A DNA stretch of 64,000 bases from Candidatus Sysuiplasmataceae archaeon. GTDB lineage: Archaea > Thermoplasmatota > Thermoplasmata > Sysuiplasmatales > Sysuiplasmataceae. Position 1 is the stretch's first letter. Each line of letters opens with the position of its first letter. The stretch spans positions 11,094 to 75,093 of the forward strand of contig JBJKPR010000056.1 in NCBI GenBank assembly GCA_046706185.1. The letters run 5' to 3'. The position numbers and the translations under genes are program-made. The notes below the pieces were generated by a model. That model was not told the origin of the DNA, did not search any database, and saw nothing but the letters and a program-made list of their open reading frames with translations. Shown here in pieces: positions 48,221-57,841 of the stretch.

Positions 48221-49241
48221 TTTCCACCCCGCCCAGGGTGCTTAGGCGTATGAACTCCTGCATCTTCTCCATTGCCCTTCCGCTTTCGATTGAATCAAGC
48301 GCTTTCTCCACGCCCTTCTCCACTGAAGAGGCTGCGCCCGCGACGTAGAGCGCCGCTCCCGCATTGAGAAGCACTATACTCCTTTCGCCCTCTCCCGATA
48401 CGCCCCTTAACACCCTGTTTGCAAACGCAGCGCTCTCTTCAGGACCGGCCGCAGGAGGAGGCGCCCACTGGCGTGTACCGAAGGAGGAGAACTCCTCCGC
48501 AGCAATCGAGTACTTTTCAACAGCACCGTTCCTGACCTCGGCTATTTCCGTGTTCCCGGCAGGCGATATCTCGTCCATGCCCAGGACACCGTGTGCGACG
48601 ATCGCCCTTTTTGCGCCAAGAAGGGAGAGGGCATCGGCAATCCTATCCATGTATGAACTTGAGAAGACACCGACAAGCTGCCTGCTCACCATCGCCGGGT
48701 TGGTTATGGGGCCGAGAATGTTGAAAACAGTCCTGAATGCCAGCGACTTCCTGACCGGAGAAACGTTCTTCACGGCAGGATGGTAGAGTGGAGCAAACAG
48801 GAATGTGATGCCGCCTTTATTGAGCATCAAGGAAGCGGTGTCCGGATCTATGGATATGTTTACCCCGAGCGCCTGCAGCAGATCAGCACTTCCGCTCCTG
48901 CTTGTGAATGACCTGTTTCCATGCTTGGCAACAGGGACGCCTGAGGAGGCGACAACCACAGAACTTACAGTCGACACATTGTACGTCTTTACCCTGGCGC
49001 CGCCTGTTCCGCACAGGTCGATTGTTCCCTCCGGTGCGCTTACACGCGTGCATTTTTGCCTCATTACCCGTGCAATTGCAGCAATCTCCCCTGCCGTCTC
49101 TCCCTTCATCCTCATTGCGGTGAGGAAGGATGCAAGCTCCGCATCGCTTGCCCTGCCGTCCATTATGAGCACTGCTGCCTCCTCCGCCTCTTCATCTGTG
49201 AGGTCTTTTCCTTCCGCCAGCTTGCCTATTATCTTCTTCAC
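48213..49241 (-). CDS. trpD: Anthranilate phosphoribosyltransferase
   Basis: CGTGG, NVST, KHGNRS, GSAD, GMDEIS. Confidence 0.96.
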   Translation of the reverse strand: MKKIIGKLAEGKDLTDEEAEEAAVLIMDGRASDAELASFLTAMRMKGETAGEIAAIARVMRQKCTRVSAPEGTIDLCGTGGARVKTYNVSTVSSVVVASSGVPVAKHGNRSFTSRSGSADLLQALGVNISIDPDTASLMLNKGGITFLFAPLYHPAVKNVSPVRKSLAFRTVFNILGPITNPAMVSRQLVGVFSSSYMDRIADALSLLGAKRAIVAHGVLGMDEISPAGNTEIAEVRNGAVEKYSIAAEEFSSFGTRQWAPPPAAGPEESAAFANRVLRGVSGEGERSIVLLNAGAALYVAGAASSVEKGVEKALDSIESGRAMEKMQEFIRLSTLGGVENG

Positions 49242-49825
49242 AGCGATCCCTTCACTATCCTTCTGAAATTGAGCAGTGTGTCATACCCGTCCGGTGTGAG
49301 TATGGATTCTGGGTGGAACTGCACGCCGAAGACAGGTCTAGACCTGTGCCTGATGGCCATGATCTCGCCCGTCTCGCTCATTGCGGTTACGTCGAGCGAG
49401 CTTGGAAGAGACTCGTGCTCGACGATGAGCGAGTGGTATCGTCCCCCGGTAAGCGGTGATTCTATGCCTTCAAACAGCTCACGGCCGGAATGGGATATGA
49501 GAGATGTCTTGCCATGCATTATTCGCTCCGCATGTATGACGTGCCCGCCGAATGCATAAGCAATGCCCTGATGGCCCAGGCAAACGCCGAGAAGCGGTAC
49601 CTGGCCCGCCTCCCTGATCAGCTCTTTGTTGATACCGAAGTACCTTTTTCTCTCGGGTGTACCCGGGCCCGGGGAAATCACTATACAGTCAGGGTCTATC
49701 GAGGAAAGCTCTTTCATGCTCAGGCAGTCGTTTCTCTTCACTGTTATGGAGAAGCCTGCCTGACCAAGCTTCTGGTACAGGTTGTAGGAGAAAGAGTCAT
49801 AGTTATCGATTAGAAGCAGCTTCAT
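49238..49825 (-). CDS. trpG: Anthranilate synthase component II
   Basis: IDNYDSF, SPGPG, GVCLGHQ, RYHSL, QFHPES. Confidence 0.96.
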   Translation of the reverse strand: MKLLLIDNYDSFSYNLYQKLGQAGFSITVKRNDCLSMKELSSIDPDCIVISPGPGTPERKRYFGINKELIREAGQVPLLGVCLGHQGIAYAFGGHVIHAERIMHGKTSLISHSGRELFEGIESPLTGGRYHSLIVEHESLPSSLDVTAMSETGEIMAIRHRSRPVFGVQFHPESILTPDGYDTLLNFRRIVKGSL

Positions 49826-51144
49826 CTCTTCTTCTCCCCGAAGACTGTGAGCAGTGCTCCGAGCTTGCTCTCTGTTTCATCAAACTCCCTTTCAGGGACA
49901 GAATCGTAAACTATTCCGCCGCCTGCCTGGAGGAACGCATTGCCGGCATTCCTGAAAAGTGTCCTTATGGATATTGCACTGTCCAGTGACCCGTTGAAGG
50001 AATAGTACCCGACAGCACCCGCATACGGGCCCCGTCTCATACTCTCAAGTTCCTCAATTATCTCCATTGCCCTTATCTTCGGGGCGCCGCTTACCGTTCC
50101 TGCGGGGAAGATGGAGAAAAGTGCATCCACGGCATCCTTTCCCCTGTCGAGAGTTCCTTCCACTCTTGATACAATGTGCTGCACGTGACTGTATTTCTGG
50201 ACGGTCATGTACTCAGGAACCGAGACGGAACCGAACCTGCTCACTCTCCCGACGTCGTTCCTTGCCAGGTCCACGAGCATATTGTGTTCCGCCCTTTCCT
50301 TTTCGTCATTGAGCAGTTCGCGCTCGAGAGATGCGTCGACGTCTTCTTTTCCGGTGACAGGCCTGGTGCCTGCGATCGGGTATGTGACCACCTTTCTTCC
50401 TGTCACGCTGACTAGCGTTTCCGGGCTGGAGCCGATAACCTCCCTCTCACCGAACTTCACGTAATACATGTAGGGAGACGGGTTCAGCGCCTTGAGTGCT
50501 GTGTAAAAGGGCAGCATCCCCCTCGTGCCCTTGAGGCTCACCCTTCTCGAGAGAACAACCTGGAATATGTCGCCGTCAATGATATACTCCTTCGCCTTCT
50601 CAACAGCGTCCAGGTACGAGCTCTTTGACTGCAGTGGCTCCAGCCTGGTCCTGACCATCTCCTCCTCCAGCATGTCGCAGGACAGAAGCTCCCTTTCCCT
50701 GTCGTCATCCCATGAGAAGTAGAAGCACTGTCCGTTCAAATGGTCGAATATGAAGCCGTCCGTGAATAGACCGAGCTCGGCGTCCGGGAAAGATGATTCG
50801 TGATGCCTGTCCGGAAGCTTCTCGAAGTGCCTAACCGTATCATAGGAGAAGTAGCCGACAAACCCGCCGATGTACGGGAACGGCATGGACACAGAAGGCC
50901 TGCGAATCTTCATGTTCCCCTTCAGGAACGAATCTATCCTCTCCTTTCTCCGAGAACCGTCGAACCTGATGGAGCCGCCCGAGTACACCGCCTTCTCAGA
51001 GGGGGCTGCTCCGATGAAACTGAAACGTGCAGACCTGCTCGGGCCTGATGCACTCTCGAGGAGAAAGCAGTCGCTGCCTGAGCTGAGGAGCCTGGAGAAG
51101 AGGCCCACAGGATTGTCATGCGATATGCTTTCCCTGAAAATCAT
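49822..51144 (-). CDS. trpE: Anthranilate synthase component I
   Basis: LLES, NPSPYM, PIAGTR, KERAEHNMLVDLARND, GAPK. Start set at MIFRES. Confidence 0.96.
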   Translation of the reverse strand: MIFRESISHDNPVGLFSRLLSSGSDCFLLESASGPSRSARFSFIGAAPSEKAVYSGGSIRFDGSRRKERIDSFLKGNMKIRRPSVSMPFPYIGGFVGYFSYDTVRHFEKLPDRHHESSFPDAELGLFTDGFIFDHLNGQCFYFSWDDDRERELLSCDMLEEEMVRTRLEPLQSKSSYLDAVEKAKEYIIDGDIFQVVLSRRVSLKGTRGMLPFYTALKALNPSPYMYYVKFGEREVIGSSPETLVSVTGRKVVTYPIAGTRPVTGKEDVDASLERELLNDEKERAEHNMLVDLARNDVGRVSRFGSVSVPEYMTVQKYSHVQHIVSRVEGTLDRGKDAVDALFSIFPAGTVSGAPKIRAMEIIEELESMRRGPYAGAVGYYSFNGSLDSAISIRTLFRNAGNAFLQAGGGIVYDSVPEREFDETESKLGALLTVFGEKKR

Positions 51145-51145
51145 C

Positions 51146-52519
51146 TCAGTCACCGAAGAAAACACCGTGAACCGCGTTCATTGCACTGTTCAGTACGTCC
51201 ATCTTCACGGTGAAGTGATACGCTGCCCTGGAGGCACCCGCAGACATCATGCCCACGTTTATCCCGCTCTGCGAGATAGCGGTGAAAACCTTCGCTGCTA
51301 TGCCCTTGGTCGTTCCGAGCCCCTCCCCGACTACGCACATGAGAGCCACACGCTTCTCAGTCTCGATCTTCTCCACACCCCTGTTTACAGTCTCCTTCAG
51401 CGAACCAACGGCAGTGGCCAGCTCAGAGCCAAGAACAAGGAAGGCAATGCATGTCTGAGAGGTGGTGGCAGAAATTATGTTCACGCCCGCCCTTCCCAGG
51501 AAGCCGGAAATGTTGGATAGGGTGCCGGACTGGAAACCTCCGCCGCTCACGTAGACGCGCACGATTGCGAGGTCCTGGAGACATGAGACGCTCTTCACGA
51601 TGCCAATCGTCTTCTTCCTGCTTGACGTCACCATTGTTCCTGTGGAAGAAGGGTTGTCTATGTTCAGAATGCGCACCTTTATGTTTCCCTCCTCGGCAGG
51701 CTCCACAGCCTTGGGGTGGAGGACGTTTGCACCGAAGTACGAGAGCTCGGACGCCTCGTCGTAGGACAGCTCGCCAATCAGCTTGGCACCCCTGACGAAG
51801 CCTGGATCGGCGGTAAGAAAGCCGTCGACGTCCTTCCAGATTACCAGCGTTCTTGCACCCATCGCATAGGCGACGATTGAAGCACTGTAGTCCGTTCCGT
51901 TCCTTCCGAGGAGGGTCACGTGCCCTTCCCTGTTCTGCCCGAAGAAGCCGGTCACCACCGGGACAATACCCTCTTCGAGCGCTGCGTTGAGCTTCCTGAA
52001 GGCGACTTTCCTGGTGGGCTTCAGCAGTCCGCTTGCGCTTTCGTAGTTGCCATCGGTCACGATGGGCAGTGTGTCCGCATCGAAAACCCTCGCGGAGCGT
52101 CCGCCGGCTGATAGGGCCGCCGCCACGACCCTGGCAGAAAGGCGCTCCCCGTAGCTCATAAGCAGCGCCTTCATCCTCTTTGTGAGTTCCCCTGTGTAGT
52201 AGACGCCGTAGAGTATCCTGCCGAAGTTTGCAACTGTCTTCCTCACTTCGTCTGAATACCGCCTGAGAGCGTCGCCGGAACAGACCTCGCCAAGGATGTG
52301 AATGTGCCTTTCAGTGAGCGAGCGCACAAAAGATTCTATTCCCGTTTCACTCAGCCTTCCTGTTATGGCCCGCTCTATGCTGTCTGTCACGCCTGAAATT
52401 GCGCTTACAACAACAGCGCACTTCTTTTCTCCAGAGACTATCGAAACAAGCCTCAATATGCCTCCTGCGTCTCTCAGGCAGGAGCCGCCGAACTTCATGA
52501 CTACAGTGGTCTGAGCCAT
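51146..52519 (-). CDS. lysC: Aspartate kinase with C-terminal ACT domains
   Basis: VMKFGGS, VVSA, GERLS, TLLGRNGTDYSA, DVDG, GANVLHP. Confidence 0.95.
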   Translation of the reverse strand: MAQTTVVMKFGGSCLRDAGGILRLVSIVSGEKKCAVVVSAISGVTDSIERAITGRLSETGIESFVRSLTERHIHILGEVCSGDALRRYSDEVRKTVANFGRILYGVYYTGELTKRMKALLMSYGERLSARVVAAALSAGGRSARVFDADTLPIVTDGNYESASGLLKPTRKVAFRKLNAALEEGIVPVVTGFFGQNREGHVTLLGRNGTDYSASIVAYAMGARTLVIWKDVDGFLTADPGFVRGAKLIGELSYDEASELSYFGANVLHPKAVEPAEEGNIKVRILNIDNPSSTGTMVTSSRKKTIGIVKSVSCLQDLAIVRVYVSGGGFQSGTLSNISGFLGRAGVNIISATTSQTCIAFLVLGSELATAVGSLKETVNRGVEKIETEKRVALMCVVGEGLGTTKGIAAKVFTAISQSGINVGMMSAGASRAAYHFTVKMDVLNSAMNAVHGVFFGD

Positions 52520-53566
52520 TCAGAGCACCCCCTTGCTCCTGAGTATCTCGGCATTGAGAACGGAGCCGCCGGCAGCTCCGCGTATAGTGTTGTGAGTCAG
52601 CACAATGAAGCGGACCTTGCTGCCTTCGACGCGCAGTCTCCCAACGGTTGCAGCCATGCCCTTTGCACGCGCAGGGCTACCGGCGTTGACGTCAAGGACA
52701 GGCTGCGGCCTGTCCTTCTCTGCAGTGTAAATCACTGGCCTCACAGGCGCGGACGGAAGCGAAAGCTCCTGCGGAAGAGATCTGAACGATGAAAAGAGGT
52801 CTGACACCTCCCCGGCCGAAGTGTTCTTCCCGACTTCGACGAGTACAGATTCCATGTGGCCGTCCCTGACAGGCACCCGGGTGCAGGTTGCATCGACAAC
52901 AACAGAGGAGTTTGCAACTCCACTGCCCTCTACCCTGCCGAACATCTTCGGTATCTCCAGAGACAGCTTCTCCTCCTCTGCTTCTATGAATGGCACAATG
53001 TTGGCAATAGAGTCGAGCGATGGCACTCCAGGGTAGCCTGCACCGCTGAGTGCCTGCATTGTTGTCACCTCGACTCGCTTCAGTCCAAGCGGCTCAATCG
53101 GCTTCAGGCCCATCGCAAGGCCGATTGAACTGCAGTTGCCGTTTGCGACAATGAAACCCTCTCTGCCATCAACCAGCGAAAGGTGGTCGTGGTTGACCTC
53201 CGGAACAACAAGCGGCACGTCCTGCCTCATCCTGTTGGGAGAGGCGTTCGTGAATATGCGGCAGCCACGACGCATCATATCGACCTCCACCGCGGCAGCA
53301 ACCTGCGTGGGAAGCGCGCTGAAAACCGCGTCGAACTTCTCCTTAACCACGCCATCAATGTCAAGCGGCTGGATCCTGGCAGAAAGGAGCTCCTGTGATA
53401 TCCTTGCCTCCGGAATTGTCAGCACATCTGCGATCGTCTTGCCGCCGCTCTTTTCCGAGCCGAAAAGGGATGGTGAGTCGAAGTACGGATGGGCTGAAAG
53501 CATCTCGCAGAAACGCTGCCCGACCATTCCACTTGCACCAAGGACTGCGACAGTGAGTTTACTCAT
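52520..53566 (-). CDS. asd: Aspartate-semialdehyde dehydrogenase
   Basis: LGASGMVG, NGNCS, QALSGAG, CTRVPV..GH, HNTIRGAAG. Confidence 0.96.
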   Translation of the reverse strand: MSKLTVAVLGASGMVGQRFCEMLSAHPYFDSPSLFGSEKSGGKTIADVLTIPEARISQELLSARIQPLDIDGVVKEKFDAVFSALPTQVAAAVEVDMMRRGCRIFTNASPNRMRQDVPLVVPEVNHDHLSLVDGREGFIVANGNCSSIGLAMGLKPIEPLGLKRVEVTTMQALSGAGYPGVPSLDSIANIVPFIEAEEEKLSLEIPKMFGRVEGSGVANSSVVVDATCTRVPVRDGHMESVLVEVGKNTSAGEVSDLFSSFRSLPQELSLPSAPVRPVIYTAEKDRPQPVLDVNAGSPARAKGMAATVGRLRVEGSKVRFIVLTHNTIRGAAGGSVLNAEILRSKGVL

Positions 53567-54656
53567 AAGCAAGCCCTCCGAAGTATTCCATTCCCCTTTC
53601 CACAATCCTCTCGAAGTCGTAGCTGTTTTCAGAGAATGATGCGCGTTTCACCTCGGCAAGTGACTTCTCGAGGGATGAGAAGACTGTTTCCCTGTGCCTG
53701 TTGAGGTTCTGTATCTCATAATAGAGGAGAGGGCTTTCGCGCGCCACGTCTGCAGTGGTCTGCATCTGCTTCCTGAAAGTTGTGCTTGCATATCCCGAGA
53801 GCTCGAAGCTGCTCTTTCCGCTTGATGCAAGTGCGTTGAAAAGGATTATGTTCATTGCATGTGTCATTCCAAGGACGTAGACCATAAGCTCGTCGTGCCT
53901 CTCAACATCGAGCCTGCGAATCGAAAGGCATGTGTCGCTGAAAAGCGAGGCTGCTTCGTCAGCAGCGCTTCTGTTACCGCAGTCGCAGACGATCATGTTC
54001 TGGTCCGCAAGCGTCTTGGCCGCCGGTCCGAACATTGGGTGTATGCTTGCCACCTTCATTCCGGCAGAGGCACCCCTCTTCAGTTCGCCGATGAGGGGCG
54101 ACTTCAGGCTGCAGCCGTCCATCACAAGAGCATCGGTGCCTGTCGAAAGCACCTTCGAGAGAATGGCTGGCGTAATGGATATAGGGGTGGAGAGAAGCAC
54201 GACATCTGAATCACGGACTGCCTTCGTCAGGTCCCTCTCGAACCTGTATGGAGAACCTTCGGTCGTGTCGTTGACAGTAACTTCATGACCCTGCACGTTG
54301 AAGAACCTGGAATACCAGAGGCCCATCTTTCCGTTTCCGCCAACGACGAGTATCCTCTTCTTCTCGCCCTTGTAGACCTTTATATCGCTTGATGACTGGA
54401 CAGAGAGCGAGGCGCTGATGAGCAGTTTTGCGATATTCCGCCCTATCTGTCTGTCAACACCCATCTGCTCGCAGAGTTCCTCGGCATGGCTGATGACCCG
54501 TGCCTCGACAGTGTAATCCCTGAGGGGCACGCTGTTGCTTCTCTTCAGTTTCCCTATTGCTTCCGCCTCCTTCATTCTCTCGGCAACCAGTCTCAGTATC
54601 TGCTCATCCTTCGCCCTGATTCTCTGCCTTATAGACTCTATTTCACCAGCACTCAC
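53559..54656 (-). CDS. tyrA: Chorismate mutase / prephenate dehydrogenase fusion
   Basis: N-terminal AroQ-like helix (IRQRI..DEQIL..VAER...IGKLK), GGNGKMG, HPMFGP, HDELM. Confidence 0.9.
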   Translation of the reverse strand: MSAGEIESIRQRIRAKDEQILRLVAERMKEAEAIGKLKRSNSVPLRDYTVEARVISHAEELCEQMGVDRQIGRNIAKLLISASLSVQSSSDIKVYKGEKKRILVVGGNGKMGLWYSRFFNVQGHEVTVNDTTEGSPYRFERDLTKAVRDSDVVLLSTPISITPAILSKVLSTGTDALVMDGCSLKSPLIGELKRGASAGMKVASIHPMFGPAAKTLADQNMIVCDCGNRSAADEAASLFSDTCLSIRRLDVERHDELMVYVLGMTHAMNIILFNALASSGKSSFELSGYASTTFRKQMQTTADVARESPLLYYEIQNLNRHRETVFSSLEKSLAEVKRASFSENSYDFERIVERGMEYFGGLAYE

Positions 54657-55735
54657 TTAGATCCGCTCCGCAAACACAGGTCTGCCATTGCAACAGCGCA
54701 GGCGGCCTCAACAACGATCACTGCCCTTGGAACAATGCAGGGATCGTGCCTTCCCCTCACGGTCATCTCAGTTTCCTCCATCGTGTCAAGGTCCACGCTC
54801 CTCTGCGGCCTGGAAATGGAGGAGGTCGGTTTGAAGGCGACCCTGAAGACAACGTCCATCCCATTTGTGATGCCACCGTTGATACCGCCTGCGTTGTTTG
54901 TCGCTGTCGCAACCTTCTTCATCTCTTTGCCTGTGACTATAAATGGATCGTTATTCTCGCTACCGTACATCAAAGCGGAACCAAAACCGGAGCCGAACTC
55001 GACTCCCTTCACGGCTGGGATCGCGAAGACAATTTTGGATATCTCCCCTTCGACTGTGTCGAAGAACGGTTCACCGAGTCCTGCCTGCATGCCAGTTGCT
55101 ACGCACTCGATAATCCCACCGACGCTGTCCCCTCTCTTTCTTGCATCAAGAATCCTCTCCTTCATCCTGGAAGCAGACTGTTCGTCAATACAGCGCACTT
55201 CGTTTGAAAACCTCAGCGACTCGACTTGGTCAAAGCTGTAATCCCGCTCATCTGTAACATCGTGTATCCTCACCACCCTTGCGGCAATCCTGATACCCCT
55301 GCCGGAAAGATACTGCCTTGCAAGTGCTCCAGCCGCGACAAGGGGAGCGGTGAGCCTCCCTGAGAACTGCCCGCCTCCGCGGTAGTCGGCATGGCCGCCA
55401 TACTTGACGAACGATGTGTAATCGGCATGACCTGGGCGAGGTATATGCCTTATCTCTTCGTAGCTGGAACTCCTGACGTCGGTGTTGCTGAAGAGAATGA
55501 GGACAGGTGTACCAGTGAGCCTGCCCTCCCTGATGCCTCCCTTCAGGCTGATCGTGTCGGGCTCCTGCCTCGCTGTTCCAATGAGGGGCGCAGGACGCCT
55601 CATGTCAATCTCACTCTGAACCGCAGCTGCATCCACGTTCATCCCTGCAGGCAGACCGTCCAGCAGGGCCCCCACATGCTCGCCGTGGCTTTCTCCGAAT
55701 ATTGTCAGTCTGAGAGCTGTTCCAATGGTATTCAT
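54653..55735 (-). CDS. aroC: Chorismate synthase
   Basis: FGESHG, PRPGHAD, NNAGGINGG, KPTSSI, GRHDPC. Confidence 0.97.
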   Translation of the reverse strand: MNTIGTALRLTIFGESHGEHVGALLDGLPAGMNVDAAAVQSEIDMRRPAPLIGTARQEPDTISLKGGIREGRLTGTPVLILFSNTDVRSSSYEEIRHIPRPGHADYTSFVKYGGHADYRGGGQFSGRLTAPLVAAGALARQYLSGRGIRIAARVVRIHDVTDERDYSFDQVESLRFSNEVRCIDEQSASRMKERILDARKRGDSVGGIIECVATGMQAGLGEPFFDTVEGEISKIVFAIPAVKGVEFGSGFGSALMYGSENNDPFIVTGKEMKKVATATNNAGGINGGITNGMDVVFRVAFKPTSSISRPQRSVDLDTMEETEMTVRGRHDPCIVPRAVIVVEAACAVAMADLCLRSGSK

Positions 55736-56994
55736 TCAGTCATCACCTTTCCACCGAGCGCTGAAATGTCTTCAGCGAAGGAGGGGTACGAGACAGCGTG
55801 CGACTCACCCTCGGTCACACTGCAGCCTCTTGAAGACGCGAGTCCTGCGATGCATGCGGCCATGGCAATCCTGTGGTCGCCGTGACTTTCGACTTTCCCG
55901 CCCTCGATTTCACCACCAGTTATCGTTATCTCCTCTCCCCTGGCTTTGAACTTAACACCAAGGCCGCGTAGCATGCCGCAGGTTGTCTCTACCCTGTCTG
56001 TCTCCTTGAAGCGGAGGTTCCTCGACCCGCGGACAAGGCTCCTTCCGTGAGCCTTAGCCGCGAGGACGCAAACAACAGGGAAAAGGTCCGGGGAGGAGGA
56101 GCAGTCAATGTCCGTCCCGCTCATCTCCCCGGGAGAAACGATGACACTTCTTCCTCTCTTCCTCACCGTGCAGCCGAACGCCGAGAGTATTTCGACGATC
56201 TTCGAATCGGCCTGTGTCAGGTTGCCGACAAGGTCCTTCACCTCCACCTCGCCCCCTGTCAAAGCCCCAGCGGCAAGTATGAAGGAGGCAGAGGAATAGT
56301 CGCCCGGAACAGTCATCTGCCTTCCGGAGTATGCCCCGCCGCCGCTGCAGAAGAGCTCACTGCCCTCCATAACAGAACTGCATCCGAACATTGAGACCAT
56401 CTCGCAAGTGAGCGTGAGGTAAGAAATTGACTGCAGCCCTCCTGTGATTTTGATTGTCGTGTCATTCACCTTCAGAGGGCAGGAGATGGCAAGAGATGAT
56501 GCGAACTGGGAGCTTAAGTCTCCTGGCAGTGTGGTGCTTTTCCCTTTCATGGTGCCGCCGAAGACGGCCGGAAGCAGGCCGTTTCCCGTCGTGGAAAACG
56601 CCCTTCCACCAAGCCTGTTGATGGCCCCTATTATAGGCTGCATGGGCCTGCGCCTCAGGGAGCTGTCTCCAGTGATGACAGCATAGCCTGGAAGCAGTGC
56701 GCAGACTGAACTCATAAGCCTGGCCGTCGTGCCTGAGTTGTTTGCGTTTATGACGTCGGATGCCTGATGAAGTTCGGATGTGACCCTCAGCTCCCTCCCT
56801 TTCGTGAACGATGCGCCCATCAGCCTGGCGGCATCAAGCGTGCTTAGTGTGTCCCCGCTCAGCAGGGGGTTCCTGATCGTGCTCCTGCCCTCGGACAGGA
56901 GTGAAAGGATGATCGCCCTGTGCGTTATGCTCTTGGACGGAGGAGCAACAACAGTGCCGCAGAGTGGGGGCGAGGGACTAGAAAGCAAATCCAC
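55732..56994 (-). CDS. aroA: EPSP synthase
   Basis: SKSITHR, NSGTTAR, RRPM, SSQF, KETDR, DHRIAM. Confidence 0.97.
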   Translation of the reverse strand: MDLLSSPSPPLCGTVVAPPSKSITHRAIILSLLSEGRSTIRNPLLSGDTLSTLDAARLMGASFTKGRELRVTSELHQASDVINANNSGTTARLMSSVCALLPGYAVITGDSSLRRRPMQPIIGAINRLGGRAFSTTGNGLLPAVFGGTMKGKSTTLPGDLSSQFASSLAISCPLKVNDTTIKITGGLQSISYLTLTCEMVSMFGCSSVMEGSELFCSGGGAYSGRQMTVPGDYSSASFILAAGALTGGEVEVKDLVGNLTQADSKIVEILSAFGCTVRKRGRSVIVSPGEMSGTDIDCSSSPDLFPVVCVLAAKAHGRSLVRGSRNLRFKETDRVETTCGMLRGLGVKFKARGEEITITGGEIEGGKVESHGDHRIAMAACIAGLASSRGCSVTEGESHAVSYPSFAEDISALGGKVMTE

Positions 56995-57841
56995 TGCTGC
57001 TCACCCCCGTGGGCTCAGTTATGACAGCCCTCCCGTATCTGGCCAGAAGGGACGCAATCCTTTCAGTGTCGGCCGAACGTGTCAGTGCAAAGAATGCTGG
57101 TCCGGTCCCTGTGAGACCTGCGACTGCTGCGCCCGCCCCGTACGCGGCTGTGGCAGGCGCGGGGTCTATGTCCAGCAGGCTGCATAACAGCATTGTGTTC
57201 GCCATCGACGCCTCCCTGAACCTTCCTTTCAGGGCCGTCCTGTAAATTGACTTCATTTCCGGGGCGTGCTTCGAGATTTCGCCCACTGGAAGTGAGCCCT
57301 TTGTAATCCTGCGTTCCGGTATGCAGAAAACAACGCTGTAGCCATGCCTGATGCTCATCCGCCTGAGGACGCGCATTCCCCTGTTGCTTGCGAACACAAT
57401 GCCGCCGTAGTGGCACGCGGCAGCATCGTCGTATGCACCTGTGACAGAGACGCCCGCGCGGATGGACGCCTCGGCAGACATGCGAAGCAGCATGCTGTCT
57501 GTGAACCTCCTTCCGGACACCCTGAGAGCGGCTCCCATCAGAGCCAGTGACACGCTGCTGCTGCTTTTCATTCCCCTGGAGGGAGGAATCTCAGACTTGA
57601 CTTCGACATCAAGCGGACCGCTGAGGAGCCCCCTTCTTCTCGCGTAGTTAATGCACTCCCTGACAAGCCTGTCATCCACCTGCTCCGGTCCGGAGACACT
57701 TATTTCAGTGCCTCTTCCGCCCACTCTCCTCAGCCTGGCGGTTGTCTTGAGAGAGACACCGAGAGCGACACCGAAGTAGCTTCCTATAGCGCTCACCACA
57801 GTTGCTGCACCGTGCTCTGTGAACTCGAACTCGTCAGGCAT
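56978..57841 (-). CDS. aroK: Archaeal GHMP-type shikimate kinase
   Basis: GAATVVSAI, SEIPPSRGMKSSS, SVTGAYDDA, GLTGTGP. Start at MPDEFE. Confidence 0.93.
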   Translation of the reverse strand: MPDEFEFTEHGAATVVSAIGSYFGVALGVSLKTTARLRRVGGRGTEISVSGPEQVDDRLVRECINYARRRGLLSGPLDVEVKSEIPPSRGMKSSSSVSLALMGAALRVSGRRFTDSMLLRMSAEASIRAGVSVTGAYDDAAACHYGGIVFASNRGMRVLRRMSIRHGYSVVFCIPERRITKGSLPVGEISKHAPEMKSIYRTALKGRFREASMANTMLLCSLLDIDPAPATAAYGAGAAVAGLTGTGPAFFALTRSADTERIASLLARYGRAVITEPTGVSSSGFAF

